Positions 1 through 7,502 of a stretch of DNA of 25,201 bases are shown here, piece after piece. Under the pieces are notes generated by a model, which was not told the DNA's origin, did no database searches, and was given only the letters and a program-made list of their open reading frames with translations. Each line of letters begins with the position of its first letter. Position 1 is the stretch's first letter. Source of the stretch: Acidimicrobiia bacterium (lineage in GTDB: Bacteria; Actinomycetota; Acidimicrobiia; Spongiisociales; Spongiisociaceae); NCBI GenBank assembly GCA_041576165.1, contig JBFGLM010000060.1, positions 1-25,201 on the forward strand, written 5' to 3'. The translations under genes were made by a program, and so were the position numbers.

Positions 1-123
1 GACGCTCGGTCGTTCAAGCTGGACGTGCGGAAACTAAAGAACCTGGGACTAACGATCAGCCTCAACCCTGGCTATCGCTTGTCGCCACGGGGACAGGCCT
101 ACCTGGCCAAGCGGAGCGGGTAG
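1..123 (+). CDS. 3' end of a conserved actinobacterial protein (ASCH-domain-associated C-terminal winged-helix motif); partial
   Basis: Frame 1 reads DARSFKLDVRKLKNLGLTISLNPGYRLSPRGQAYLAKRSG, stop TAG at 121-123. The FKxDVRKLKxLGLTxSLxxGYRLSPRG motif is recognised from memory; the 5' part lies outside the window. Confidence 0.7.
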   Translation, partial: DARSFKLDVRKLKNLGLTISLNPGYRLSPRGQAYLAKRSG

Positions 124-145
124 TGCGGCCGGGCGCCGCCGAGTG

Positions 146-289
146 TCAGGAGACGGAGGCGGGCAATTCGTGCTCCCGCATGACGATCCAGTGGCCATTC
201 GCACAGAGTACCGTCACCCATGGTTCCTGGTTATACGTGAACTCGCCCTGTACCCCGGCCGGCAGAGCGCACACGAAACAGTCGTGCAT
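146..289 (-). CDS. Small putative zinc-ribbon protein (47 aa)
   Basis: From ATG 289: MHDCFVCALPAGVQGEFTYNQEPWVTVLCANGHWIVMREHELPASVS, with a CxxC...CxxxHW metal-ligand pattern. The ORF could extend to 349. Confidence 0.5.
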   Translation of the reverse strand: MHDCFVCALPAGVQGEFTYNQEPWVTVLCANGHWIVMREHELPASVS

Positions 290-889
290 GGTGATGGCAT
301 CGGGCGCACTCCGGCGAGTCTGAAGGATTTCTACTCCGCCCGTCTTCACCGACCGCCTGTTGCGATGCGTGAGAAACGATCCGCCGGGCCAATGCGGGGA
401 ATCGGGCGGACGTCCGTATCAGCGCGGATCTAGCGCGTCGAGACCCGCTCCACCCCGCGGATTCGCGCTGCTGGGTGAGGGAGTCGTTGGAAGCGCCAAA
501 CGCCGGATGGTGTCGGTACAAGTGGACCGGTCAGCCGGACCAGCTACGCGTGAGGGGGATGCGCGGCGCAGCCGGCCCGGCTGCCGGACGCCCGGCCGGG
601 CGAGCTGGGGCTCCCGACCGTGCGTTGGGTCGCGTAGGTAACGAGCGCGTTGCGCCGCCCTGTGCGACCTTCTCAGGATGAGGCAGCAGCGGAAATATTC
701 AGTACCGGACACCCGGTAGATGACTCCCAATCACCTGGTGTTGTGGCGCGGATCGAGGACGCCAAGCCGCGAGTTGGTCGGGAGATGTGTCGTGCTGCCA
801 CTGGAGCACAGTTGGGAACGACGCCCGATCGCTCATCAGCCTTGGCATTTCGCGAACACTTTCAGTGGTAACGCCACCATTGAGAGAGA

Positions 890-974
890 CTTCACCCGGC
901 CTGGGTGAAGAAATGACCGGCGCGTCAGGCGATGGTATGTGCAAATCGGGTCGTCTAGTCCGGGTGAACCGGAC
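890..974. promoter_or_regulatory. Two inverted repeats sharing GGGTGAA, upstream of the 1001 gene
   Basis: CTTCACCC-N5-GGGTGAAG at 890-910 and GTCCGG-GTGAA-CCGGAC at 958-974. Confidence 0.3.
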
Positions 975-1000
975 CGGAACGTAGAGCTCTGGAGGAGCAG

Positions 1001-1396
1001 ATGACTGGAGTTGAGCAGCGCCCGGTCGTGACGAGCGGTTGGGTCACCTTCGCCGCGACGATGGCAACGATCGTGGGCATCATGAATCTGATCTACGGGA
1101 TCGCGGTCTTAGTGAACGACAGTTGGGTGGCGCTCGCGGCCGACCAGATTCTGGCCCTCAACCTCAGCGCGTGGGGATGGGCGCTGTTGGCGCTCGGGGT
1201 GGTCCAACTCCTGGTCGCCTATGGAGTAGTGGTTGGGCAGACGTGGGCCAGGCTCATGGGTGTGCTGTGGGCCAGTCTCATTGCGATCGGGCAGATGGCA
1301 TTCCTCAGCGTTTATCCGGTCTGGTCGCTGGTGATCATTGCTATGTGCGTGATGGTGATCTACAGCCTCGCGGTATACGCCGATCAGGGCGCATAG
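1001..1396 (+). CDS. Small 4-TM membrane protein (DUF7144-like actinobacterial family)
   Basis: GGAGGAG RBS. SGWVTFAA...WGW...GQTWAR...YPVWSLVII pattern with four hydrophobic segments. Confidence 0.75.
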   Translation: MTGVEQRPVVTSGWVTFAATMATIVGIMNLIYGIAVLVNDSWVALAADQILALNLSAWGWALLALGVVQLLVAYGVVVGQTWARLMGVLWASLIAIGQMAFLSVYPVWSLVIIAMCVMVIYSLAVYADQGA

Positions 1397-1551
1397 AGGG
1401 TCGCCTGGGCAGCCCGAAAGCTGCGAGCCACTCAGCCCACGAATTGCTGCCATGGGAGGCGGCACCCGGCGGCAGCTGCTACGGGTCGGCGGAGAGCGAA
1501 CCGGGTCCCTGGGATGACGGACCAACGCCCCCGGAATGATCTGAGCCGCTG

Positions 1552-2136
1552 GTGGATTACGCACTCCTGATTCTCGGAATTGTGAACGGGCTGCTCTTCG
1601 CCTACATCGGCGGCCGCTCGTGGCTTCTGTCCCGGCGCGTCCCGGCCCCCCGAGCCCGAAAGCAGGGCCATCTGTTGACGCTGGTATGCGCCGCATTCGT
1701 GGTGTCGAACATCCTGCGAGTTGGTTTGCAGCTGGTCGACGTGGGGGCGCTCCCCGACGAAGCTCGAGGAGCGGTACTGGGCACAGTTCAGCTCTTGACG
1801 AGTCTGGGCGCGCTGGTCATCGTCATCCCGGCGCTCTGGATATTGCGCCGGCTCACGGCCGTTTTCGCCAGATCGGATCGGTTTGTCACGATCCTCACCG
1901 AGCGGGTGCGGTTGGATGCATCCATTTCAGAGGCGGGCCTGACCGCCCGTGAGGTCGAAGTCCTCGAGCTCGTGGCCGACGGAGTGATCAGTGACGTCGA
2001 TCTCGCTGAGTCGCTGTACATCTCACCGTCAACCGCAGCCACACACGTGCGCAACATCATGAAGAAGACGGGGGTGCGCCGGCGGCACGAGTTGATGCTG
2101 CTGGCACCGGATCGGGTCATCGGGGCAGCCGAGTAA
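1552..2136 (+). CDS. Membrane-anchored LuxR-family transcriptional regulator
   Basis: About three N-terminal hydrophobic helices; C-terminal LTAREVEVLELVADG...LAESLYISPSTAATHVRNIMKK LuxR HTH. Confidence 0.85.
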   Translation: MDYALLILGIVNGLLFAYIGGRSWLLSRRVPAPRARKQGHLLTLVCAAFVVSNILRVGLQLVDVGALPDEARGAVLGTVQLLTSLGALVIVIPALWILRRLTAVFARSDRFVTILTERVRLDASISEAGLTAREVEVLELVADGVISDVDLAESLYISPSTAATHVRNIMKKTGVRRRHELMLLAPDRVIGAAE

Positions 2137-2195
2137 CCCGGTGTGGCGCGCCTCGCTCCGGGATGCTGCGCATGTCGCCCGACTAGCGTTCTCTC

Positions 2196-3284
2196 ATGCG
2201 CGCGGCGGTCATGTACGGCATCGAGGACATCCGGGTGGAGGACGTTGACGTCCCGGCGCCCGGACCGGGCGAACTGCTCCTCGAGGTCCGGGCTGCCGGC
2301 GTATGCGGGAGCGACGTAGGGGAGTTCTTCTACGGACCGAAGATGTTCCCGATCCACGAGCCCAATCCGATCTCGGGTCATGCCGGACCCATGATCCCCG
2401 GCCATGAGTTCGGCGGCCGGGTCATTGAGGTCGGTGACAATGTTGAGGGATTCGTCGAAGGTGATCTGGTCGCCAGCGGCGCCGGGGTGTCGTGCGGCGA
2501 GTGCTTTCAGTGCCTATCCAGCCGCACCAATTTGTGCGTCGACTACTGGACGGTGGGCCTGCAGCGCAACGGGGGCCTGGCCCAGTACGTGGCGGTGCCG
2601 GCGAAGGCTTGCATCGACGTCGGGACTCGCGGGCTCGATCATGACCAGGCGGCCATCGTGCAACCGATGTCGATTGCGGTCCACGCCATGCAACGAGGTC
2701 GACCGGATACCGATGAGGACTACGTCGTGATCGGAGTGGGCGGCATCGGCGCGTTCCTCGTCTATGCGCTGGCGGAAGGAGACCGGCGGGTGGTGGCAGC
2801 TGACCTCGATCCGGCCCGGCTCGAGATCGCCACCTCCCTGGGGGCCGCGGCCACGCTCAACGCTGCCGCCGTCGATGACCTCGCCACTGCCTTGCGCAAT
2901 CTGGCTCCTGCGCCGCGCATCGTGTACGAGGTCACCGGGTCGGAGCAGGGCCTGTGCTCGGCGCTGGAGGTTGTGGTTCCCGGCGGCCGGGTCGTGGCGA
3001 TCGGGCTGCAGAAGAAGCCGCTCACACTCGACCTCATGGAATTGACGCTCCAGGAAAAGGAACTGCTCGGGACCAACGCGCATGCGTTCCCCACCGCCTT
3101 CCCCGAAGCGGCCCGCTTGATCGCCAGCCGGCCCGCGGGCTGGCACGACATCGCCCCGGTGGCGCTGCCGCTCGAACAGTTGGCCACGGTTGCGCTCCCG
3201 GCGATGCGCGATGGGAAGTCACCCCAGATCAAAACGCTGTTCGACCCGTGGACGCCCAGCCCACGGACCGCCAACGTCGGCTGA
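2196..3284 (+). CDS. Zinc-dependent medium-chain dehydrogenase (2,3-butanediol/polyol dehydrogenase-like)
   Basis: GVCGSD, GHEFGG, structural Zn site CGECFQC...NLC, Rossmann GVGGIG. Confidence 0.9.
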   Translation: MRAAVMYGIEDIRVEDVDVPAPGPGELLLEVRAAGVCGSDVGEFFYGPKMFPIHEPNPISGHAGPMIPGHEFGGRVIEVGDNVEGFVEGDLVASGAGVSCGECFQCLSSRTNLCVDYWTVGLQRNGGLAQYVAVPAKACIDVGTRGLDHDQAAIVQPMSIAVHAMQRGRPDTDEDYVVIGVGGIGAFLVYALAEGDRRVVAADLDPARLEIATSLGAAATLNAAAVDDLATALRNLAPAPRIVYEVTGSEQGLCSALEVVVPGGRVVAIGLQKKPLTLDLMELTLQEKELLGTNAHAFPTAFPEAARLIASRPAGWHDIAPVALPLEQLATVALPAMRDGKSPQIKTLFDPWTPSPRTANVG

Positions 3285-3291
3285 CCTCGGG

Positions 3292-3326
3292 TGCGTTTCT
3301 CCGGCCGGCAGGGGAGGAGAGGCGCA
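3292..3326. terminator. Hairpin between convergent genes (possible terminator)
   Basis: TGCGTTTCTCC...GGAGAGGCGCA forms an 11-bp stem (two G-U pairs) just after the dehydrogenase stop; no U-tract. Confidence 0.35.
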
Positions 3327-3392
3327 GCCCGGCCCGGACGGTATTACCTTCCCTAGCGGCCGTGCGGCTAGCCGGCGCCCGCTCGCCCCTTC

Positions 3393-4187
3393 TCAGACAC
3401 ACACCCCGTCGGCGTCTGCTCCGCGGAGGCAGAAGAGGGTCCCTTCCACCGACTTCAGGGTGAAGCTGCCGTTTTCGGGTGTTCCGAAGACATGCAGCCT
3501 GACGCCCCACACCGAGTCGTCGGCCAGGCCGGCGACATCGAAGGTGACTTCACCGAGATCCCCGGAGCTGGGGGCGACCGACATGACGACCGTGCTGTAT
3601 TCGGGATCGCCAAAGGCCCGCGCCACTTTCTGGCCGAGGTGTTTCATGGTTGCGGCCGACGGCACTTCACCCAGCATGCTCACCACCTGCGAGGTGAGGT
3701 CATCTGTCGCACCCATGTAGTGCAGGAATCGTGAGCTGGCCCAGCCCTCGACGCCGTTCGCTTCCACCAGGTACCACATCGACCTGGGAAGGCGCCGGGT
3801 GCGGCCGAGCGCTGTCACCTCGTCCTCGAGTGGATCCAGCCGGGCGACGATCTCCTGGTCGGTACCGGGTGCGGCCCGAACGTTGAGGACGTCGTCGTGG
3901 GCCACCCCGAACACCGCCAGGGTGGCGCCGGCCACTGGACCGAAGTCCTCCATCTCCTCGCCCGCAAGCACGGTGGTCGACGTCGTGGGAGCCATCGTCG
4001 TTGTCGGGGAGGTGGTGGTCGTCGCCGCTTCGCTCGTGGTCGGCGCTTCAGATGTCGCCGGAGGAAGCGTCGTTGTGGGCGCACTGGTAGGTGGGACGGA
4101 CGTGGGTTCCGGCTGGCTCGATGTACCGGTGGCACAGGACGCCACCGTCACGAGCAGTGCGGCCACGCCAATTGTCAGACGTCGCAT
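3393..4187 (-). CDS. Putative lipoprotein with Thr/Pro-rich linker and bacterial SH3 domain
   Basis: Signal peptide ending VASC, T/P/S-rich stalk, DDVLNVRAAPGT...W...GWASSRFL SH3b motif, GAGG RBS. Confidence 0.8.
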   Translation of the reverse strand: MRRLTIGVAALLVTVASCATGTSSQPEPTSVPPTSAPTTTLPPATSEAPTTSEAATTTTSPTTTMAPTTSTTVLAGEEMEDFGPVAGATLAVFGVAHDDVLNVRAAPGTDQEIVARLDPLEDEVTALGRTRRLPRSMWYLVEANGVEGWASSRFLHYMGATDDLTSQVVSMLGEVPSAATMKHLGQKVARAFGDPEYSTVVMSVAPSSGDLGEVTFDVAGLADDSVWGVRLHVFGTPENGSFTLKSVEGTLFCLRGADADGVCV

Positions 4188-4290
4188 TTCGCACCTCTCG
4201 TTTCGCCCGGCTGGGCGTTGGGCCGGGTGGCCCGCCTTCAGTGTCGCAGACCGCGGTGCACGTGCCTAGAGGCGTGAGACCCGGGCGCCG

Positions 4291-5775
4291 TCAGCCCGCG
4301 AGGGACTGAAACGTGGGTGAGAGTCGCTCGTATTGCGCGGCGTAGAGCGAATGCAGATCCGAATAGTCCGTCCCGGTCCGGGTGGTGTGTTCGGTCACAT
4401 GGACCCAAGCGCTGGTGGCATCGGCGACAGAGTCGAACGAACCGGCTCCTACTGCGGCCAGGACCGCTGCTCCGTAGGCGGCTCCCTCAACTGTGTTGAC
4501 CGACACGATGTCCGCTTCCAGCACGTCGGCAAGCATCTTGCGCCACAGGTTGCTGCGGGTACCGCCGCCAGACGCCCGGATGGCTTCCACGTGTTCGAGC
4601 CCGGCGGCACGCATGAGGTCCAGCCCGTCCCGCAACCCGAACGCCACGCCTTCCAGCACCGCTCGAGTCAAGTGGGCGCGGGTGTGGCGCACCGTCAGAC
4701 CGATGAAGGCGCCCCGCGCCAGAGGGTCTGGATGGGGTGTGCGTTCGCCGGTCAAGTAGGGAAGGAACAGTAGACCGTCGGAGCCCGGCGGTACTGATTC
4801 CGCCTCAGCAACCAGTTGCGCGAACGGAACATCGGGGGCGAGCGTGTCGCGGAACCAGCGCAGCGATCCGGCGGCGGACAGCATCACGCCCATCATGTGC
4901 CAGCGCCCGGGCACTGCGTGGCAGAACGCATGGACCCGGCCCTCAGGCTCATAGTCGGGCCGATGGGTGGCCGCGAAAACCACCCCGGACGTGCCAAGAC
5001 TCAGCGCCATGGACCCAGGATCAACCACGCCGGTCCCCACGGCGTTGGCCGCTTGGTCGCCGCCGCCTGCCACTACCGGGGTCCCGGGTTCGAGTCCCGT
5101 GGCCGCTGCCGCCGAGGCGCTGACCTCACCGGTGACGGCCGGCCCCTCAAAGGTCGGGGGGAGAAGACCGGGCTCGATCTCGAGCAGGTCCAACAATTCG
5201 GCCGACCAATCCCGGGCGGCGAGGTCGAACAGTTGGGTGCCGGCGCCGCCCGCCCGATCCGTGGCATGTTCGCCGGTGAGGAACAGCCGAACGTAGTCCT
5301 TGGGGAGGAGGATGCGCCTGGCCCGGGCATACAGGTCGGGCTCGTGGTTGTGGACCCACAGAATCTTGGGCGCAGTGAATCCCGTGAGAGCGTCATTGCC
5401 CGTTATGGCGATCAACCTCGCCTTACCCACCCGGCCGCGCATTTCGTCGCATTCCGCTTGCGTGCGCTGATCGTTCCACAGGATCGCCGGCCGCAGCGGC
5501 CGCTCGGAGGCGTCGAGCAATACCAGGCCGTGCATCTGTCCGGTCAGACCAATTGCTGCTACTGCGTCCCCCGTCAGGCCGGCCGCCTCGAGAGCAGCGC
5601 GCACCGCGACACTGGTTGCGTTGATCCAGAGGTCTGGGTCTTGTTCGCTCCACTGCGGGCGCGGCGTCTCGTAGTCGTACTCGGCGGCGCCCGTAGCCAC
5701 CACCACGCCATCACCGTCGACGACCACCGCCTTGGTGGCGGTGGTCGAACTATCGATGCCGATTGTGTAGCTCAT
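4291..5775 (-). CDS. xylB: Xylulokinase (FGGY family)
   Basis: IGIDSSTTATKA, GLTGQMHG, AILWNDQR, FTAPKILW, LLPKDY, GGGDQAA, LSLGTSG, FLPYLTGERTP, AVLEGVAF. Confidence 0.92.
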   Translation of the reverse strand: MSYTIGIDSSTTATKAVVVDGDGVVVATGAAEYDYETPRPQWSEQDPDLWINATSVAVRAALEAAGLTGDAVAAIGLTGQMHGLVLLDASERPLRPAILWNDQRTQAECDEMRGRVGKARLIAITGNDALTGFTAPKILWVHNHEPDLYARARRILLPKDYVRLFLTGEHATDRAGGAGTQLFDLAARDWSAELLDLLEIEPGLLPPTFEGPAVTGEVSASAAAATGLEPGTPVVAGGGDQAANAVGTGVVDPGSMALSLGTSGVVFAATHRPDYEPEGRVHAFCHAVPGRWHMMGVMLSAAGSLRWFRDTLAPDVPFAQLVAEAESVPPGSDGLLFLPYLTGERTPHPDPLARGAFIGLTVRHTRAHLTRAVLEGVAFGLRDGLDLMRAAGLEHVEAIRASGGGTRSNLWRKMLADVLEADIVSVNTVEGAAYGAAVLAAVGAGSFDSVADATSAWVHVTEHTTRTGTDYSDLHSLYAAQYERLSPTFQSLAG

Positions 5776-5980
5776 GGTTTTCCACCTTCATCGAGCGCCG
5801 CGGCCAGGTCGGCCGTGTCAGCGGGCAACCGGCCGTGCTCATACAACTCTCGTACCTCACGATGCGCAACGCGCATCGAGGGAGCGAGGGCCCTCAGGGC
5901 CCGGGAGTTCCGGCACGCAACAACTGCGTTGCGTCGACCTGCCAGGACCCGAGATCGGCATAGAGGCTGCCGTCCGGCAC
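5772..5980 (-). pseudogene. Degenerate 3' remnant of the DUF4380-like gene
   Basis: Translates as VPDGSLYADLG...(frameshift)...LRALAPSMRVAHREVRELYEHGRLPADTADLAAALDEGGKP*, homologous to the C-terminus of 6035-6916. Its TGA overlaps the xylB ATG. Confidence 0.8.
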
Positions 5981-5998
5981 GACCCGAAATGCGGGGTT

Positions 5999-6057
5999 TC
6001 GACGATCACCGCCTTGGCGGCGTTCGTCGAACGGTCAACGCGGATCGTGTAGCTCAG
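5999..6057 (-). pseudogene. Degenerate 5' remnant of xylB
   Basis: (L)SYTIRVDRSTNAAKAVIV vs the true MSYTIGIDSSTTATKAVVV; the ATG is lost. Confidence 0.8.
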
Positions 6058-6916
6058 GGCTCCGGCCTTGATCGAGCGCCGCGGCCAGGTCGTCGACCGT
6101 CTCCGGCAGCCGGTCACGCGCATACAACTCCCATACCTCGCGGTGCGCAACGCTCATCGAAGGTGCCAGCGTTGTCAGCGGACCCAACGTCTCCAGCTCG
6201 CAGAAATCTGCACTGCAGTAGACCTGGCCCGAAGCCCCAAGATCTGCATACGTGCCACTGTCCACATGCGCCATTCGCTTGACGAACACAAGCTCGTCGA
6301 CGAGGTACGCCAACCAGCCACGCCGCAAGCTGGTGCCCAGCTTGATCGGGTCCTTGCGCTGGGCGGTGAGTGCGATGTGGGTGTCCGACAGGTGGACGAG
6401 CGGGTCGGACAACCTCGTGTAGGGCCACAGGACGATCGAACGATCGGCCTGGAACTGGTCCTGCTCCACGCCGCCCAGCGGCATGAGCGCCGTGCCGCCG
6501 GTTCGGAGCATCGTGATGGCCCACGGTGCGACCGTGATGCTGCTGTCGCCCCGGTTGGCCAGATGATGGGTGATCAAAACGCGGTGGTCGTTGTCCGGCA
6601 AACGGATTTCGAGCGACTTCTCGATACCGGTTCCGGCCGGGGCTGGCTGGGTGAGGCGCAAAACCCCGGGCCCGTCCTCGACCGCGGCCGGTGAGTCGTC
6701 GGGCACGTACGTGATCGCGGGTACCTCCGGTGCCGCCCACAAGCGGTGCCCACCGAGCACTCGAAACACACGGCCATCGCCGACGGGCAGAGTGATATTC
6801 GGCGTGTCGGCAAATACCGAGGCGCCGCCCACCAGCCTGAACTCGGTGATCCGCGGCCCCATCGAAGTAACGACGCTCAGTTCGATGACGCCGTTGTGCA
6901 TCCACTGCTTCGTCAC
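6035..6916 (-). CDS. DUF4380-like protein (probable galactose-mutarotase-like beta-sandwich fold)
   Basis: GPRI...GGHRLWAAPE...TYVPD...APWAITM...ELETLGPL motifs. GTG start at 6916 with GAGG RBS (ORF track extends to 6943). Confidence 0.7.
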   Translation of the reverse strand: MTKQWMHNGVIELSVVTSMGPRITEFRLVGGASVFADTPNITLPVGDGRVFRVLGGHRLWAAPEVPAITYVPDDSPAAVEDGPGVLRLTQPAPAGTGIEKSLEIRLPDNDHRVLITHHLANRGDSSITVAPWAITMLRTGGTALMPLGGVEQDQFQADRSIVLWPYTRLSDPLVHLSDTHIALTAQRKDPIKLGTSLRRGWLAYLVDELVFVKRMAHVDSGTYADLGASGQVYCSADFCELETLGPLTTLAPSMSVAHREVWELYARDRLPETVDDLAAALDQGRSPELHDPR

Positions 6917-7033
6917 GCTGCATCCTCGATCGCCCGCCGGCATCGTATCGGGAACGAAGCGCTGCCACGGGCGCAGGTCGTCACCGGACCAGCCTCGCCG
7001 CGTAACCTGGGACCAGGGAAGAGAGGACGGGCG

Positions 7034-7477
7034 ATGGCATCGACAATCATGGACAAGACGGCTCTACCGTTTGACGGCACCGACGCAGGTGAAGTGGCGT
7101 TGGAGATGATCGCGCCGCTGCTGCGAGCCGTCGGCGGCACGGTGCACATCATCATGGTGTTGGATCAGTACGTGCAGAACGAGCTGACGGAATTCGCGGC
7201 GACCGAACGAGTAACGCTCGAACGTGCTGCGCGAATATCGTGTGAGCGCCTCGCTTCACACGCGGAGACGCATAGTCTCGAAGCTGGTTTTCGGGTGGTG
7301 GATGACGCCGAAGTGGTTGAGGGCGTTTTGGGCGAAGCCAAGGCGGCCGGGTGTACCGCCATTGCCCTGCCCACCCACGGCGCTCATGCGGTCACCCGCT
7401 GGCTGATGGGCAACCTGCGCGACAAGATCGTGCAGGGAGCCGGGATGCCCGTATTGGTGCTCCCGCCGGCCGACTGA
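7034..7477 (+). CDS. Universal stress protein (UspA family)
   Basis: ALPFDGT...IALPTHG...WLMGNLRDKIVQGAGMPVLV; ATG at 7034 after GAGAGGA. Confidence 0.85.
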   Translation: MASTIMDKTALPFDGTDAGEVALEMIAPLLRAVGGTVHIIMVLDQYVQNELTEFAATERVTLERAARISCERLASHAETHSLEAGFRVVDDAEVVEGVLGEAKAAGCTAIALPTHGAHAVTRWLMGNLRDKIVQGAGMPVLVLPPAD

Positions 7478-7502
7478 CCCGCTCGCCGGCCGGAGCCGAA
7501 CT

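Larger units (their letters stand above)
5717..6270. repeat. Diverged tandem duplication (~282-bp period) of the DUF4380-gene/xylB junction
   Basis: 5717-5775 vs 5999-6057 match at 48/59 nt. A 22-nt exact match ATCGAGCGCCGCGGCCAGGTCG occurs at 5790 and 6071. The YADLG-encoding segment is in both copies. The outer boundary is approximate. Confidence 0.85.

Noticed and set aside
2196-3284. Xylitol dehydrogenase feeding xylB
   Set aside because: Opposite strand, separated by another gene, and the sequence looks more butanediol-dehydrogenase-like; substrate cannot be assigned.
3960-4110. Repetitive GTCGTG/GTGGTC-rich DNA as a possible repeat array or CRISPR
   Set aside because: It encodes the Thr/Pro-rich linker of the SH3 lipoprotein; there is no repeat-spacer periodicity.
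4816-6282. 488-aa + strand ORF
   Set aside because: Antisense shadow of xylB and the DUF4380-like gene; no motifs, typical of high-GC DNA.
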